Shown: positions 13,109 to 26,345 of the stretch, piece by piece | Numbering within the stretch: position 1 is the stretch's first letter | Layout of the letters: every line of letters starts with the position of its first letter | From: Mobula birostris | Lineage: Eukaryota | Direction of reading: 5' to 3' | DNA length: 64,000 nucleotides | Assembly (NCBI RefSeq): GCF_030028105.1 | Contig: NC_092391.1 | Coordinates: 30,725,223 to 30,789,222 of the forward strand | Notes under the pieces: model-generated | What the model saw: the letters and a program-made list of their open reading frames with translations, nothing else | Databases searched by the model: none | Told to the model about the DNA's origin: nothing | Program-made: the position numbers and the translations under genes

Positions 13109-14027
13109 AACTGAAAGGAAACACAGAGCCTGAAGAGCAGGTCTAACTTTGTTTTTAGTTTAAGTGACGTGGTGGTGTAATGACTTATGCCATTCATGTA
13201 CTTTGTACATATAACCATAATGAATTATTTAAACAACAAAGAATGTCTAATAAAACAATATATTTACAGTATTACTCACATATCACTGATATATTAAATG
13301 CATGTTATGAGTAAATCTTTATATATTTTTTAAATGGGCAACATGTGCAACAGAAGAAAATATATTTTGAAATATTTTTAGTTGAGGTGTGTCCATCAGT
13401 AATAGTAAATAGTTATGCATGATCAGTTATTTAAAGATACGTTATTGCCACTGTAATATATCAGCTCAGTTAAAAATTAAAATTCAGAATCATTTTGTTT
13501 GATTCTTCGAGCAGCACTGTTACAAAATGCTGCAGTCAACCCTGGACAAATGAATTTGTCGATCACTTTAGAACTTTTTTTCTTATGAAACATTGCATAA
13601 AGCTTCTGAAAATGGTTGTTGAATATAGATTATCGTGCAAATAATAATCATACCTAATGGATCAAGGAAGCTGATTTTAGTTCAGATCATTATTATTATC
13701 CTGTTATATTTTTGTCTCCTTCTACAATGCTGCATCTCACTTCCAGCAAAGGCTTGAGCAGGGTGGAACCTTACTGGTAGACTAACATGAGACTGTTCAG
13801 TCTATGTTGACTTCACAACAGAACCATGGTCATCTCAACCTCACTTACAAGCTAGCACATAAGCAGAACTTGTATTTGCACACATTCAGAGGCTGGTTTC
13901 CAAGTATCAGCAACTTGTTGAATGAAGTAAACAAGAGTACAAATCTTAGACTTAACGTTCCCAAGACAAGCATCATCTTCCATATATTTCTTACTTCAAA
14001 AAATATAGTTTATTCATATCAGTTTAA

Positions 14028-14805
14028 GACCATAAGACCATAAGATATAGGAGCAGAATTAGGTCATTTGGCCCATCTTGTCTGTTCCACCATTTCATCA
14101 CAGCAGATCCATTTTTCCTCTCAGCAACAATCTCCTGCCTTCTCCCCGTATCCCATCATGCCCTGACCAGTCAAGAATCTATCAACCTTTGCTTTAAATA
14201 TACATAAGGTCTTGGCCTCCACAGCTGCCTGTGGCAAAGAACTCCACAGATTCACCACTCTCTGGCTAAACAAATTCCTCCTCATCTCCTTTCTAATAGG
14301 ATGCTCCTCTATTCTGTGTCCTCTGGTCTTAGACTCTCTCACCATAGGAAACACCCTTTCCACATCCACTCCATCAAGGCCTTTCACCATTCAATAGGTT
14401 TCAAAGGGCCATCCATCGCTCTTCTGAATTCTAGTGAATACAGGCCCAGAGTCATCAAACGCTCTTCATATCAAAAGCCATTCAATCCCGGAATCATTTT
14501 CTCCTTTAAACCCCCTCCAATTTTAGCACATACTTTCTGAGATAAGGGACCCAAACCTGCTCACAATACTCCAAGTGAGGCCTCACTGGTGTTCTAGAAA
14601 GTTTCAACATTACATCCTTGCTTTTATATTCTAATCCTCCTGAAATTAATGCTAATGTTGCATTTGTCTTCCTCACTACAGACTCAATCTACAAAGTAAC
14701 CCTTAGGGAATCCTGCACAAGGACTGCCAAGTCCTTTTGCATTTCAATTTTCTCTATTTTATCTCCATTTAGAAAATAGTCAACCCTTTCATTTGTTCTA
14801 TCAAA
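14028..14805 (-). mobile_element. CR1 LINE 3' portion
   Basis: ORF 14121-14390 (KTRGH...RRNLFSQRVVNLWSSLPQAAVEA) is the CR1 ORF2 C-terminus; (TCTTATGG)n tail. Confidence 0.9.
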
Positions 14806-14829
14806 TTGCATTGCCATACACTTCTCAAT

Positions 14830-15230
14830 CTTAGAGGATCTATCCTGAGCCCAACATATTGATGCACTCACAAAGATAGCATGCAGGTGGCTATACTTCA
14901 TTTGGAGCTTGAGAAGATTTGATATGTCTCTATCAAATTTCTTCAAATGTACCGTGGTGAGTATTCTGACTAACAGCATCACCAGCTGCTTTGAAGGCAC
15001 CAATGTACAGGATCTAAAAAGCTGCAGAAAGTTGTAGACTTAACCAGCTCCATCCTGAGCACTAGCCTTCCCATAACTGAGGACATCTTCAAAAGGTGGT
15101 GTTTCTAGAAGTTGGCATCCATCTTGAAGGGCGTCACCATCCAGGACATGCCCACTTCTCATTGCTGCCATTAGGGTGGAGGTACAAGAGCCTGAAAATG
15201 CAGACTCAATGTTTGAGGAACATATTTTTC
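14830..15230 (+). mobile_element. Rex1-type RT C-terminal fragment
   Basis: DLS*AQHIDALTK...CTVVSILTNSI...LPLGWRYKSLK motifs. Confidence 0.75.
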
Positions 15231-15838
15231 CCCTCCACACCCACTTTGCAGGTTTTGCTTGACCTTGGCTCTCCATTCCACATGCCTCAACTCTACTGAG
15301 CCACAGCTGGACCTGGAGCTAATCCCTAGCACTTGTTTACTGTTTGAGTTCCTTCACTGTGTTACTAATGCATCATTTTAAGTCATCTGTCCTAGCCTAA
15401 GGTAGGAACTATAACTTATGTAGCTTTATACTTTATAAACTTCAGGTAATTTGGCAGTACACTCGGACACAGCAGCTTCTATGGGGACAACCAAATGTGT
15501 TATTGTCTTTTTAAAACATCTTACGTTTGGGCTATATTATGTGTTTCTCAGTTACTGCATTTATACTGTCATCTTATATGAGCTGCCCCTTGTACCTCGT
15601 ACCTTGAGCCGTGTATGATTGTTGATATTGCATTTTGCACCATGGGTCTGTATTCACAGATATTCATGTATAGTAGAATGACAATTAAACTTGAACTATC
15701 ATGAAACTTGAACTATTATAGTTAACTTATGAAAGTCATACATAGAGAGAGGAATCAGAAATTTTCCCCCGGTGTAGAAATGTCAGATATCTGATAATAC
15801 ATCTTTAGGTTGAGCAGAGAAAAGTTTAAAGGAGATAT

Positions 15839-16250
15839 CAGAATCTGGTTTATTATCATGGCATGTGTCGTGAAATTTGTTCACTTAGCAGCAGCTGTAC
15901 AATGCAATACATAATATAGAAGAAAAAGAATAATAATAATAAATAAATAAATTACAGTATACTTATATTGAATAGATTAAAAACTTATATTGAATAGATT
16001 AAAAATCGTACAAAAACAGAAGTAATACATATTAAAAAAGTGAGGGAGTGTTCAGGGTTCAATGTCCATTTAGGAATCGGATGGCAGAGGGGAAGAAGTT
16101 GTTCCTGAATTGCTGAGTGTGTGCCTTCAGGCTTCTGTACCTCCTACCTGACGATAACAGTGAAAAAATGGCATGCCCTGGGTGCTCGGGGTCCTTAATA
16201 ATGGACGTTGGCTTCTGAGACACTGCTCCTTGAAGATGTCCTGGGTACTT
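15839..16250 (-). mobile_element. Rex1-type LINE 3' end nested in a CR1 fragment (15740-15835 and 16262-16500, +)
   Basis: cagaatctggtttattatc tail; gaagaagttgttcctgaattgctgagtgtgtgccttcaggcttctgtacc; CR1 homology on both sides. Confidence 0.75.
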
Positions 16251-16888
16251 TATATATGAGGATATGAGAAGTAACTATTTTACACAGAGTGGTAGGTGCC
16301 AGGAATTGGTTGCCATAGGTGGTATTGAAAGCAAATATAAAAATGGTGCTTAAAAGGCATTTAGACAGATACACAAACCTGTAAGGAATGGAGGATTTGG
16401 ATCTTATACAAATAAGTTTAGTTTAATTTTGTATCCTGTTTGGCAGAGACACCATCAGCTGAAGGGCCTGTTCTTGTGCTGTTCCATTCTATGTTCTACA
16501 TTCCAGATATCCACTGTGAGCCCCCGATAAATGTGGCCTATTTTCCTCCTTTCAGTGATGATGAAAGAAGAGATAAATGAAGAAGGTTACCATTTCCTTC
16601 AGTGCACCAGCAGAAGTACAGACAATCTAAATAAACTGATAGTTGAAAACCAAGACTTCAAGCTCAGCAGTGGTGATTACTGCCCTCCTGAGGGCTTGAG
16701 ACTTGGATTACCTGGAGGAGACACCTAAAGTTGCTACCTTCACAAAACCCTCCAAATCTACAGGCAGAATAAATGAAACAAAATCAGTGTCCCTTCCAAG
16801 ATGAAAATCCCTAACACAGAGACTCCAGCTCTTTTTTATCATTTATAGTTGAAGCCATAACACAAACCTCCCAAAACAGGCCAGATCT

Positions 16889-16921
16889 CAGTCCTGATGA
16901 AGAGCCTCTGCCTGAGACGTC
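16889..16921 (+). ncRNA. Degenerate Penelope-associated hammerhead motif
   Basis: CAGTC-CTGATGA-A-GAGCCTCTGCCT-GAGAC-GTC; GAAA is mutated to GAGA; the 3' strand of stem I is displaced by a CR1 insertion. Confidence 0.5.
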
Positions 16922-17263
16922 CATGAGACCATAAAATATAGGAGCAGAATTAAGCCATTTGCCCCATCTTGCCTGCTCCACCATTTCATCATGACTGATC
17001 TAATTTTCCTCTCAGCCCCAATCTCCTGCCTTCTCCCCATATCCTATCATGCCCTGACCAATCAAGAATGTATCAACCTCTGCCTTAAATATACATAAAG
17101 GTTTGGCCTCCACAGCTACCTGTAGTAGAGAATTCCAGATTGACCACCCTCTCGTTAAAGAAATTCCTCCTCATCTCTGGTCTAAAAGTACGCCCCTCTA
17201 TACTGAGTCTGTGTCCTATGGTCTTAGATTCTTTCACCATAGGAAACATCCTCTTCACATCCA
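16922..17263 (-). mobile_element. CR1 LINE 3' end
   Basis: Same subfamily as 14028-14400; ORF 17085-17345 contains RRNFFNERVVNL. Confidence 0.9.
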
Positions 17264-18789
17264 AGGCATCACCTGTCCATTTCCCTCTACAGATCTCCTT
17301 GACCATGTCATGTTTCCCAAAGTAGGCACTCTGTTTCACACTCACACATGAGAAGAATTTAATAGGAAGGAAATATTCAACATGTCTTCAAAACCTCCTT
17401 GAAATTTGCAGCGTCCTCTCTGTACTGCCAAAAGTCAAGAATGCAAGTGAAAACCTCCAGTTTATGTGTCAAGAGCTAATGAAAGATCTGTGTAAATGGC
17501 AGAGGGAGCACTACGAAATACGGTGAATACGTTGATTACCCACATTCCCCCTGAAGGTCATAACTCCATTGCACAATTGTCATCCATTGATACCAAGCTG
17601 CGCAGAAGTTCTGAACAAGATCCCCTTTAAATTCAACAGCTGCCAAAATTAATTTTTGAAGTCCTCAACAGAAGTATCAAGAGGACAAGAATGTCATTCA
17701 AGCACGTCACCGCATTCAGGTCAGTTTTTGTTCTGGTTTTCAGAGTATTTAATATTTAATTTTACAAAGGAGGTGAATGGTGTAATCTTTGCAAGTTAGT
17801 GCACTTGTGGCAGGAGTTCTAGAGGCTATTTTGAAGTCATTTCCTCTAGGTAACTTCAGAAGAAAGATTTTCTCCAGTATGTAAAATTAATTGGCAAATA
17901 CTCCAAGCTAGGACTATCTTGCTAAGATAAAGTTTGAACTTCCCAAAACATTTGTTGTGTTTAATATGATCATGACTCTGTAACTGATATCTTTTGCAAT
18001 GTCAAACCTCAAACACTTTTCACCCTACATAGGAAACATCCTGGGATAGATGTAGATGTGAATAAATCTACTGTTGTTTAAAGGGCGACACATGCACTAA
18101 ACTGGTCTAATGAATGAGGTGAAACTGATTACTGACTTATGGAAATATGTACCAATTTTCTTGCCTCCTGTTACAGGTATTAACTCTCAACCATAATGGT
18201 AAGTTAGTCACAGAGAGAATCTATTTTTACTGACGAATACCTTTATTGGTTTAGTTAACAACAAACGTGATTATACAAAGTTAAATGCCTATACTCCAAT
18301 CCAATCAGTTTCCCTGACATTCTCTGAAGTCAAAGATTAGAAAAGGTACTACTTGGGAAAAAGAGTCTACACTGACCAATTGTACCTCTATATCCTGATG
18401 AAATTTCCATAGCTTCATCATGGGTCATCCACTTCTTCAGTGGTTGGTCTCCAGATTTGTCATTGCCTATATTCTGAAATCCTCCATTCTTATCTTTTCC
18501 CTTATGAGATGAATGTGTTATGTATCAATTTTGTTGGTTCGGGCTCATCTGACTGACCTGTATCAGCTTCTTATTGGATTTGGCCCAAGGAGCCAAACAG
18601 TATACTTGTACCTCATATAATTTTGTTTGTTCTTTCTAACACAGACAAATTCAAACCAGCTTAGCTTGGCCAGCCAAACACTAGGCTCAGCCTACTTCAA
18701 GTCACAGGATGTTCTTTCTGCAAGCTTGCCATTTTTACATAACCAAATAACCAGTTTCTTATTTGGAAATGGTCCCAGATTTAGCAGAT

Positions 18790-20012
18790 CATCAGAAGAT
18801 CAGAATGGTAACCTATGCATGTATCCAAAAGAGATGGGGGAGAATTTGAATATTTTTGCATCTGTAATTACGCGGGAGATTGGCACAGAGCCTGTTGAAG
18901 TGAGGCAAAGCAGGAGCAAGATTATGGACCCTATACAGATTGCAGAGGAGGAGATGTTTGCTTTCTTGAGACAAATTAGAGTGGAAAAATCCGCAGAGCC
19001 TAAGAAGATGTTCCCTCAGACCTGCTGGAGGCAAGTTCAGAAATTGCAGGGGGCCTAGCAAAGATATTTAAGTCAATCTTAGTGATAGGTGAGGTACTGG
19101 AGGATTGGAGGATAGCTAAAATTGTGCCGCTGTTTAAGAAAGACTCTAAGAATAAACTAGGAAAATGTATGCTGGTAAGCCTGACATCAGTAGTGGGAAA
19201 GATATTGGAAGGTATTCTAAGGGACCAGATATATGAGTATTTGGATAGACAGGGACTGAATAAGGATAGTCATCATGGCTTTATGCCTGATAGGTTGTAA
19301 CTGACCAATCTTATAGGGTTTTACAAGGAAGTTACCAGGAAAGTTGATGAAGTAAAGGCAGCAGTGGATGTTGTCTACATGGACTTCATCAAGGCACTTG
19401 GCAAGGTCCCGCATGGAAGGTTGGTGAAGAAGGTTCAGTCGCTTGGCATTCAAGATGAGGGGGTAAATTGGATTAGACTTTGGCTTTGTGGGAGAAGCCA
19501 CAGAGTGGTTGTAGATGGTTGCCTCTCTGACTGGAGGCCTCTGACGTGTGGAGTGCCGTAGGGATCAGTGTTGGTTTCTTTGTTGTTTGTCATCTTTATC
19601 AATGAACTTGATGATAGTGTGATAAACTGGGCTAGCAAATTTGCGATGATACCAAAATTGGGGGTGTAGTGGACAGCGAGGAAGACTATCAGAGCATTCA
19701 GTGGGGTCTAGACCAGCTAGAAAAAATGGACTGAAAAAAAGGTGAAATGTTTAAAGGGATCATGAGGGGAACCTGAGGGGAAATTTCTTCACTCAGGTGG
19801 TGGTCAGAGTGTGGAACGAGCTACCAGTGCAAGTGGTGAATATCATTTTGATTTACACATTTAAGAGAAGTTTGGATAGTTACATGGTTGGGAGAGATAT
19901 GGAGGGCTATGGTTCCAGTGCAGGTTGAAGGGGCTAGGCAAGTTTAAATAGTTTGGCATGGACTAGATGCCAAAGGGTCTGTATCTGTGCTTTAGTTTTC
20001 TATGACTCTATG
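18790..20012 (+). mobile_element. CR1 ORF2 (RT) fragment joined to its 3' end
   Basis: EVLEDWRIAKIVPLFKK...VSLTSVVGKILE...HHGF; VDVVYMDFIKALGKVPHGRL; GVP*GSVL; KFA/DD; 3' tail ctatgactctatg. Confidence 0.92.
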
Positions 20013-20565
20013 CCTCTGAAGCACATTGTGTTCACTTTAAAATGCTCTGATTAAGCTATCCCTGAGCAAGAACCAAACAGTCTCAGAAAATGGCAGCCCC
20101 CACTGCTTTGACCACATGGCAAGAACAAAGACATTTGCTTTGTCTGCTTCTACTGCCCTTGTCTCATTCCTGTTCACTGATTTTACTTCTTTTTGGCCAA
20201 GACCCCTAGCAAAACTCACAAGATTTTGTCATCTGTCCACATTCCCTGGTACCTTTGTTTAACCTGAACAGATTAGTTATAATGGCTGCAAGTGACTAAC
20301 TTTACTTCAAAGTTCTTAGCTACTCCTTCTTATATGCTGTTGCAATGTTTAATGTTCATGACTGACTTTTCTCTACTCAGGACACTGGAAAACAGTCAGG
20401 TATGAGGTCATGAATTTATAGAGAGGTACAGCATGGAAACAGGCCCTCCACACTGACCATCAACAATCCATTTATACTAATTGTATATTATCGTATATTA
20501 GTCGCATTTTTTCTCCCCACATTCTTATCAACTTTCCTGACATTCTGCTCCTAACCTATGCATTT

Positions 20566-21286
20566 GAGGCAAAGAGTGTTGCCCAGGTTTTCTGTGTTTT
20601 GGATGTGGACTTGGGCTGTAGACCTTTCTCGGTCTCTTATATTCTGTGTTTTTTTGCCCGATCTTTCTTTTGTGTGTGTGGGAGGAGTGATTTGGTGGTT
20701 GATCTGCCTTTTCCATTTTTGTTCATTTTTTTGTGCAGAAGGAAGGATTCGGGGGTTGATGTGCCTATTCCATTTTTTTAGGCGTATGCCTGCATGTGTG
20801 CGAGTCTGTGCATGTGTGTCTGCCTGTGCGTGTATGTGTGCCCGTGTGTGTCCGCGTGTCTGTGCGTGAATCCGTGCGTGCATCTGTGATGATGTCTTTT
20901 TCATGGCTTTTACAAGGCGCTGAGCAAGAGAGAGACTGTGTGGCGCGCCACTCCTCACACAGACATTTTCACAGTATTTTCCCTTTTATTTTACGAGGTC
21001 GAGTTGCGATCTCGACACTCAACCCGACACGGATGGAAAGCATACTCGGGACAGACCCGACTAGATTTGCACCCGGGAACCTCCGCTCCTGGGTCTGGCG
21101 CCGATGTCGTTGCGCCACCAGCCGGCCCGTCCCTATTCCATTTTTGTCATTTTTTTTGGCAGGGAGAAGGGATTTGGGGGTTGATGGTCGTGCTGCCTTC
21201 TTTTCTTTCTTGGCTTCATAGCTACCCAGAGGAGAAGAATTTCAAAGTTGTATACTTTGATAATAAATGAACCTTTGACCTTTGAT
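20566..21286 (+). mobile_element. Non-autonomous LINE-tailed (SINE-like) element with a degenerate (GT)n tract and an internal duplication
   Basis: CpG-rich; segment ccattttt...gggggttgatg occurs at about 20713 and 21138; Rex1/L2-like tail ctttgataataaatgaacctttgacctttga. Confidence 0.6.
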
Positions 21287-21463
21287 AAAGTCCTAACCTA
21301 TTCAAATTTCCAAGTCAAGCTGATATGTGACTAGGAACAAGAGCTGGAGGGATGTACATTTGGGAGGGATGTTGACATAGCATGGAAAGTGACACAATGA
21401 GCACAGCAAAGTCCAAAGTGATGACAAGGCTAAGGTAATGATGAGGAGTCAAAGAGGGAAGTA

Positions 21464-22076
21464 TAACCATATAACAATTACAGCACGGAAACAGGCTATC
21501 TCGGCCCTTCTAGTCCCTGCCGAACACTTACTCTCACCTAGTCCCACCGACCTGCACTCAGCCCATAATCCTCCATTCCTTTCCTGTCCATATATCTATC
21601 CAATTTAACTTTAAATGACAACATCGAACCTGCCTTAAACACTTTGCTGGAAGCTCGTTCCACACAGCAACCAATCTCTGAGTAAAGAAGTTCCCCCTCA
21701 TGTTACCCCTAAACTTTTGCCCTTTAACTCTCAACTCATGTCTTCTTATTTGAATCTCCCCCACTCTCAGTGGAAAAAGCCTATCCACGTCAACTCTATC
21801 TATCCCCCTTCATAATTTTAAATACCTCTATCAAGTCCCCCCTCAGCCTTCTATGCTCCAAAAAATAAAGACCCAACTTGTTCAACCTTTCCCTGTAACT
21901 TAGGAGATGAAACTCAGGTAACATTCTAGTAAATCTTCTCTGTACTCTCTCAATTTTATTGACATCTTTCCTATAATTTGGTGACCAGAACTGTACACAA
22001 TACAAATTTGGCCTTACCAATGCCTTGTACAATTTCAACATTACATCCCAACTCCTATACTCAATGCTCTGATTAA
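21464..22076 (-). mobile_element. CR1 LINE 3' portion (relatively young)
   Basis: ORFs LKLYKALVRPNL.YCVQFWSP...IERVQRRFTRM and RGNFFTQRLVAVWNELP; (GGTTATAT)n-type tail. Confidence 0.92.
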
Positions 22077-23991
22077 TAAAAGGGATGGAAATAACAAGTG
22101 CAAGATAGGCTGGGATGAAGGCTTGAAGTCAACAAGAATGATAAATTAATTGTTATAAATATTGAGGGATAAATAGTGAAACTGTCTTGGATGGACCATT
22201 TAAAATGAAAATATTCAATGCGAGGTGATGGGGGTGGAGCAGGAAGAAATGATCCAATAAGAGTGCATGGTATTAGTTGGTGATAAGGGATAATCGACAT
22301 GACAATGAATGAAAGAAATAACCCTGCCTATAATGTTAATATATTGGAAACTGAACTTAATGTTCACATGGCAGTCATTCAAGTGTGTGATGTTGCTGCT
22401 ATCAGCTCATGGATTGCAAAGATTTTCTCCAAAAATGTACTAGATTCAAAGGAAAGATTCAGAGAGGTGCCGAAGTAAATGTTTCACTAATAGAATCATG
22501 GTGAGACAGGAAGAAAAACACCGGCATAAATCACTTCCATCTCACCCATGATGCAAGAAGGTCAGTAAAGAAAATGGGACAGCTGGAGTGACAGCTTCTA
22601 AGATGGTTGTTTACATTTATAGGAGGTCAAGAGAGGCTCCAAGGGAAGTTGTAGACATATCGATGAGGGAATCAAGCTTGGGACATGACAGAAATGTCAG
22701 AACATTGAGGAGAATTAAAGGATTTTAAACAGTGAGAACCCAAAAGCAGAGATCATCATTCAAATGGGCTCCCATTTATGTTATGTTTCATTATTTTTCT
22801 AGATAATTAAATTATCTTAGTTCAACATGTTAAGTAATCTCAAGGAAAAAGTGACATCAGAATTATTGATGGGTTTTGGAAAACTGTCAGATTACTCCAG
22901 CCAAAATTATGGCAGATGGAGTTATTAGTCAAAGGCATGTAAATTTATATTTATGTTCATCAGTTTCCTTTTTAATGTGATAAACACAGGCCAAAGTAGT
23001 AAATAATCGATTCACTGTCAGTGTGCTTAAAAACTTCCACAACAGTAACTCAATAATGCTGAATCAAATTTCATTCTTTTGGTTCCTGATGCTATCTAAC
23101 ATCTCAAGACAATCAAACTTCTTGCACTTTTTAACCTTCACCTTCTTTTAAAACCTGCAGATTTATCAGTACATGTTTGGAGTCACTTTATTTCAGTCTG
23201 TGACCTTTAATTTATTCTCACACTTAATTGTTCTCTTTCTTTTCAAAGTAGCTGCCTGTTGTCATGTAATCTTGACAATCGTGTTTCACAGTAAGGAAGA
23301 AAGGAAAGAGAGTAACAATAATCTGTCATCAGAATCACTGTCAAAGCTTCTTGTGTGAATAGCAATGTATAATCCAAAAGTTTAGGTGAAAAGTCTTTTG
23401 CAAAATCTAACCCTAATTTTGGTTAACACAAATTTTGGTTGTTTTCTTTTAATAGTTTAAAAAAATAAAGCAATACTGTAAGGAAGAGTTATATTTAATA
23501 GGTGCAAAAAAGTTGAAGAAGGAACCTGATGTTATAGATTATATTTATTTAACTAATGACAAAATAGAAAGATGATCTCGGAAAGCTGGATCTGTACTTT
23601 ATTCAGTTCCAACCTCATTCGAAATGCCTGTACTGTGGGAAGTTTCCTTGTAATTATGGTAACTGAACCATTAGCTAACTGAATGCAAAGTAGCAGTGAT
23701 AGAAGTTCTAACCAACACCCAACTAGCAACAGTGTCTGATACAACAGTGGATAATTCTAGAAATGGCCATTTGTGACTCTAAGCAGTGGGGTACTATCGA
23801 GAAACAGTGTATCAAATGGATGAAGTATGCTGGAATATCCAACAAGATCCAATACTTGGGGTGCGTTTTACTTAAATCACTTTGCTAATATCATCCAGTT
23901 AAAATGTCTATCATTTGCTTTTTTTTGTCATTCATAGAGATTTGACACAGTACATGTCCATTTTATAAAAGATATGGAATCTAGAAAGTTA

Positions 23992-24358
23992 CATCAGAGA
24001 AACAGACCCTTCAACCCATCTAGTCTATCAGCATTGAAATCGCCTATATTCACCTGCATCCAAACCTTAACCATCCATACCTCTAGTATCCATGTACCCA
24101 TCCAAACTTTGAAACGTTGAAATCGAGCTTGCTTGCACCACTTGTGCTGGCAACTCGTTCCACACTCTACCACTCTCTGAGTGAAGAAATTTCCCCTCAT
24201 ATTTCCCTTAAACTTTTTACCTTTCACCCTTCACCCATGACCTCCAGTTGAATTCACACCCGAACTCCGTGGAAAAAGCCTGCTTGCATTTACCCTGTCT
24301 ACGTGCCTCATAATTTTATCTTCCTCTATCCAATCTCCTCTCAATCTTCTACGTTCCA
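23992..24358 (-). mobile_element. CR1 LINE 3' end
   Basis: KGKKFKGNMRGNFFTQRVV motif. Confidence 0.85.
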
Positions 24359-25511
24359 TGTGCCAATATTTGTTACCAAACTGAACATCTTATTTTTGTT
24401 TACAACAGCTTTATGATATAATTCACTATGAAATGTGTGAGGTCTTATTTCATGAGTACCTGTGGATAGAAATTCATCCTCAGCCATTTGCATTCAAGGA
24501 GAATGAGGCAACACTGATCAATGAATTCCTATTCCAAACCTTGATCCCATTTGAAACTGGAGATTGAATTCCATCCCACAAAATTTTAAAAGCAGGGTTC
24601 ATCTCATAGCTTGCAATATATTCCATGTGTAACACAAATGACAAAGAACAAATGTCTTAGTTTTTCAATTCATGATATAAAAATGACAGCTATGTAAAGT
24701 CAACAAAGGTGTATCTGCTTTTAACACCCATCCACCATTTTGAAAAAAAACTATTCTAGCATCATTTTACCAGTTGCTGAACATCAAGCAATGTCAACTA
24801 AGTTTTAATCACAAAACAAAATCTTGTTTCTTTTTTTGGGGAATCATTAGCAATAACCAATATGAATCAGGGAACTGCCATCAATAATACCATATGAAAT
24901 CAGAATATTGGTTACAAGCTCAAATTAGGCCAATTTGATAAAATACTTCTCTCTTTGGTAATCATGATAGTTAAGTTAAAAGAATTGAGACTGGTCTCAA
25001 TTTAATGCTGAGGTAACGTAATGGCACATTATAGTAAAAAAAGACAAACCTCCAGAACCTTATCAGTTTGCAGTAAAAATACTAAGTGAATGCAATCCTT
25101 AAATAGTTTAGACACAGTACATTGATTGAAAGAAAAGGAACTATTCAGACTTACAATGGTTTTAAAAAGGGCAACTATCTCTTAATTCTTTCACAGACAT
25201 CAATTAACTAAAAAATTGACATTTTTTAGAAATATAAATTTCCACATTCACTTGATCTTATTGGTGGTTGAATTCCATACTGATGCTACTTTTGCTGCAA
25301 CAGGTCACATTTTAATGTACTTCTTGTTTTTGTAAATTGAACATTATTAAGAATTCACCTCCAGTCCTTAAAATATAATAATCTTTTATCAGCTATCCTA
25401 CATAGTTTTTCTCAAAGTTTTTGCATTGTTTAGTGTGTTTTACTGCAGCTACTTATTCATGTGGAGATAAATTCTGTGTGGGAAGAGATTGTTACTGATT
25501 GTTACACTTAC

Positions 25512-25777
25512 CTCCCTGGTCATGTTGCCTTCTATCAAGTGGTAGAGTGGAATAATACGGGTAATCTCCAGCAACACAGGGGTTGGACTGGTCTGATCCT
25601 TGCCTTGTCGGTGGCAAAGATGGCATGAAGAGGGGCATTGCCCTTTCTCCTCACACTCAATCTCCACACCAGTTATAGGTTGTTCATCTGACAGCATCTG
25701 GGCACCCAGTAAACTTGACAGATAGGAAATGAATGGTATTGATTTGATTATCTTCTTGTTTCCCAATTCAGTTGTTT
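25512..25777 (-). CDS. ASTN2: Internal coding exon (266 bp, phase 1 to phase 0) of astrotactin-2, MACPF C-terminal region; equivalent to the human exon starting ETTELG
   Basis: Minus strand reads tgtttcttttctttcag|AA ACA ACT GAA TTG GGA ... ACC AGG GAG|gtaagt. Translation (E)TTELGNKKIIKSIPFISYLSSLLGAQMLSDEQPITGVEIECEEKGQCPSSCHLCHRQGKDQTSPTPVLLEITRIIPLYHLIEGNMTRE is colinear, without indels, with remembered human ASTN2 ETTELGSKKELKSMPFITYLSGLLTAQMLSDDQLISGVEIRCEEKGRCPSTCHLCRRPGKEQLSPTPVLLEINRVVPLYTLIQDNGTKE (roughly 70% identical). It is much less like ASTN1. Both splice sites are canonical. Confidence 0.96.
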
Positions 25778-26098
25778 CTGAAAGAAAAGAAACAAAAACA
25801 AATATTAAAGCAAATGGGCTATAGCGAATGATTTATAGGGTGCGGTGAGGAATTCAATGTGATATGGCAGTTCATGATTTTACACAACTGAACTTGGAGA
25901 CTGCTGTATGAAAAATCAATAGGTATTCATTTGTCAGTAGTTATATGAAGAAAGACAAGTTGTAAGGTTATTTTCAAATTAAGTAAAGTACAAGTATTAA
26001 AACTTACTCAACTGAGAGATGATGTATAGGAAGCAGTGTAAAAAATATTTCCTATGATTTGTATGCTAAAGCAACTGCCAAGCATTTTCTTACACCTT

Positions 26099-26345
26099 TC
26101 AGAATCAGGTTTAATATCACCGGTATATGTCTTGAAAATTATTGTCTTTGTGGCAGCAGTGCAGTGCAATACATAATAATAAAGAAGAAAAAGGTGAAGT
26201 GCAGTCAATGTGTGTGTATATATAAGTAGTGCAAAAATAAAAATAACAAAGTAGTGAGGTAGTGTTCATGGGTTTAATATCCATTCAGAAATTGGCAGAG
26301 GGGAAGAAGCTGTTTCTGAATTGTTGAGTGTGTGCCTTCAGGCTT
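26099..26345 (-). mobile_element. Rex1-type LINE 3' end
   Basis: cagaatcaggtttaatatcac tail; similar to 15839-16140. Confidence 0.75.

Noticed and set aside
15961-16004. 22-bp tandem duplication
   Set aside because: Ordinary slippage duplication within a LINE 3' UTR.
18627-19638. Several ORFs as a host gene
   Set aside because: Frame-shifted CR1 ORF2 pieces.
20528-21270. Cluster of 100-140-aa overlapping ORFs
   Set aside because: They arise from a GC-rich repeat with a degenerate GT microsatellite; no protein-family motif.
25449-25766. Supplied 105-aa ORF as a stand-alone gene
   Set aside because: It is the ASTN2 exon read from an internal TTG and through the donor into the intron; the true exon is 25512-25777.
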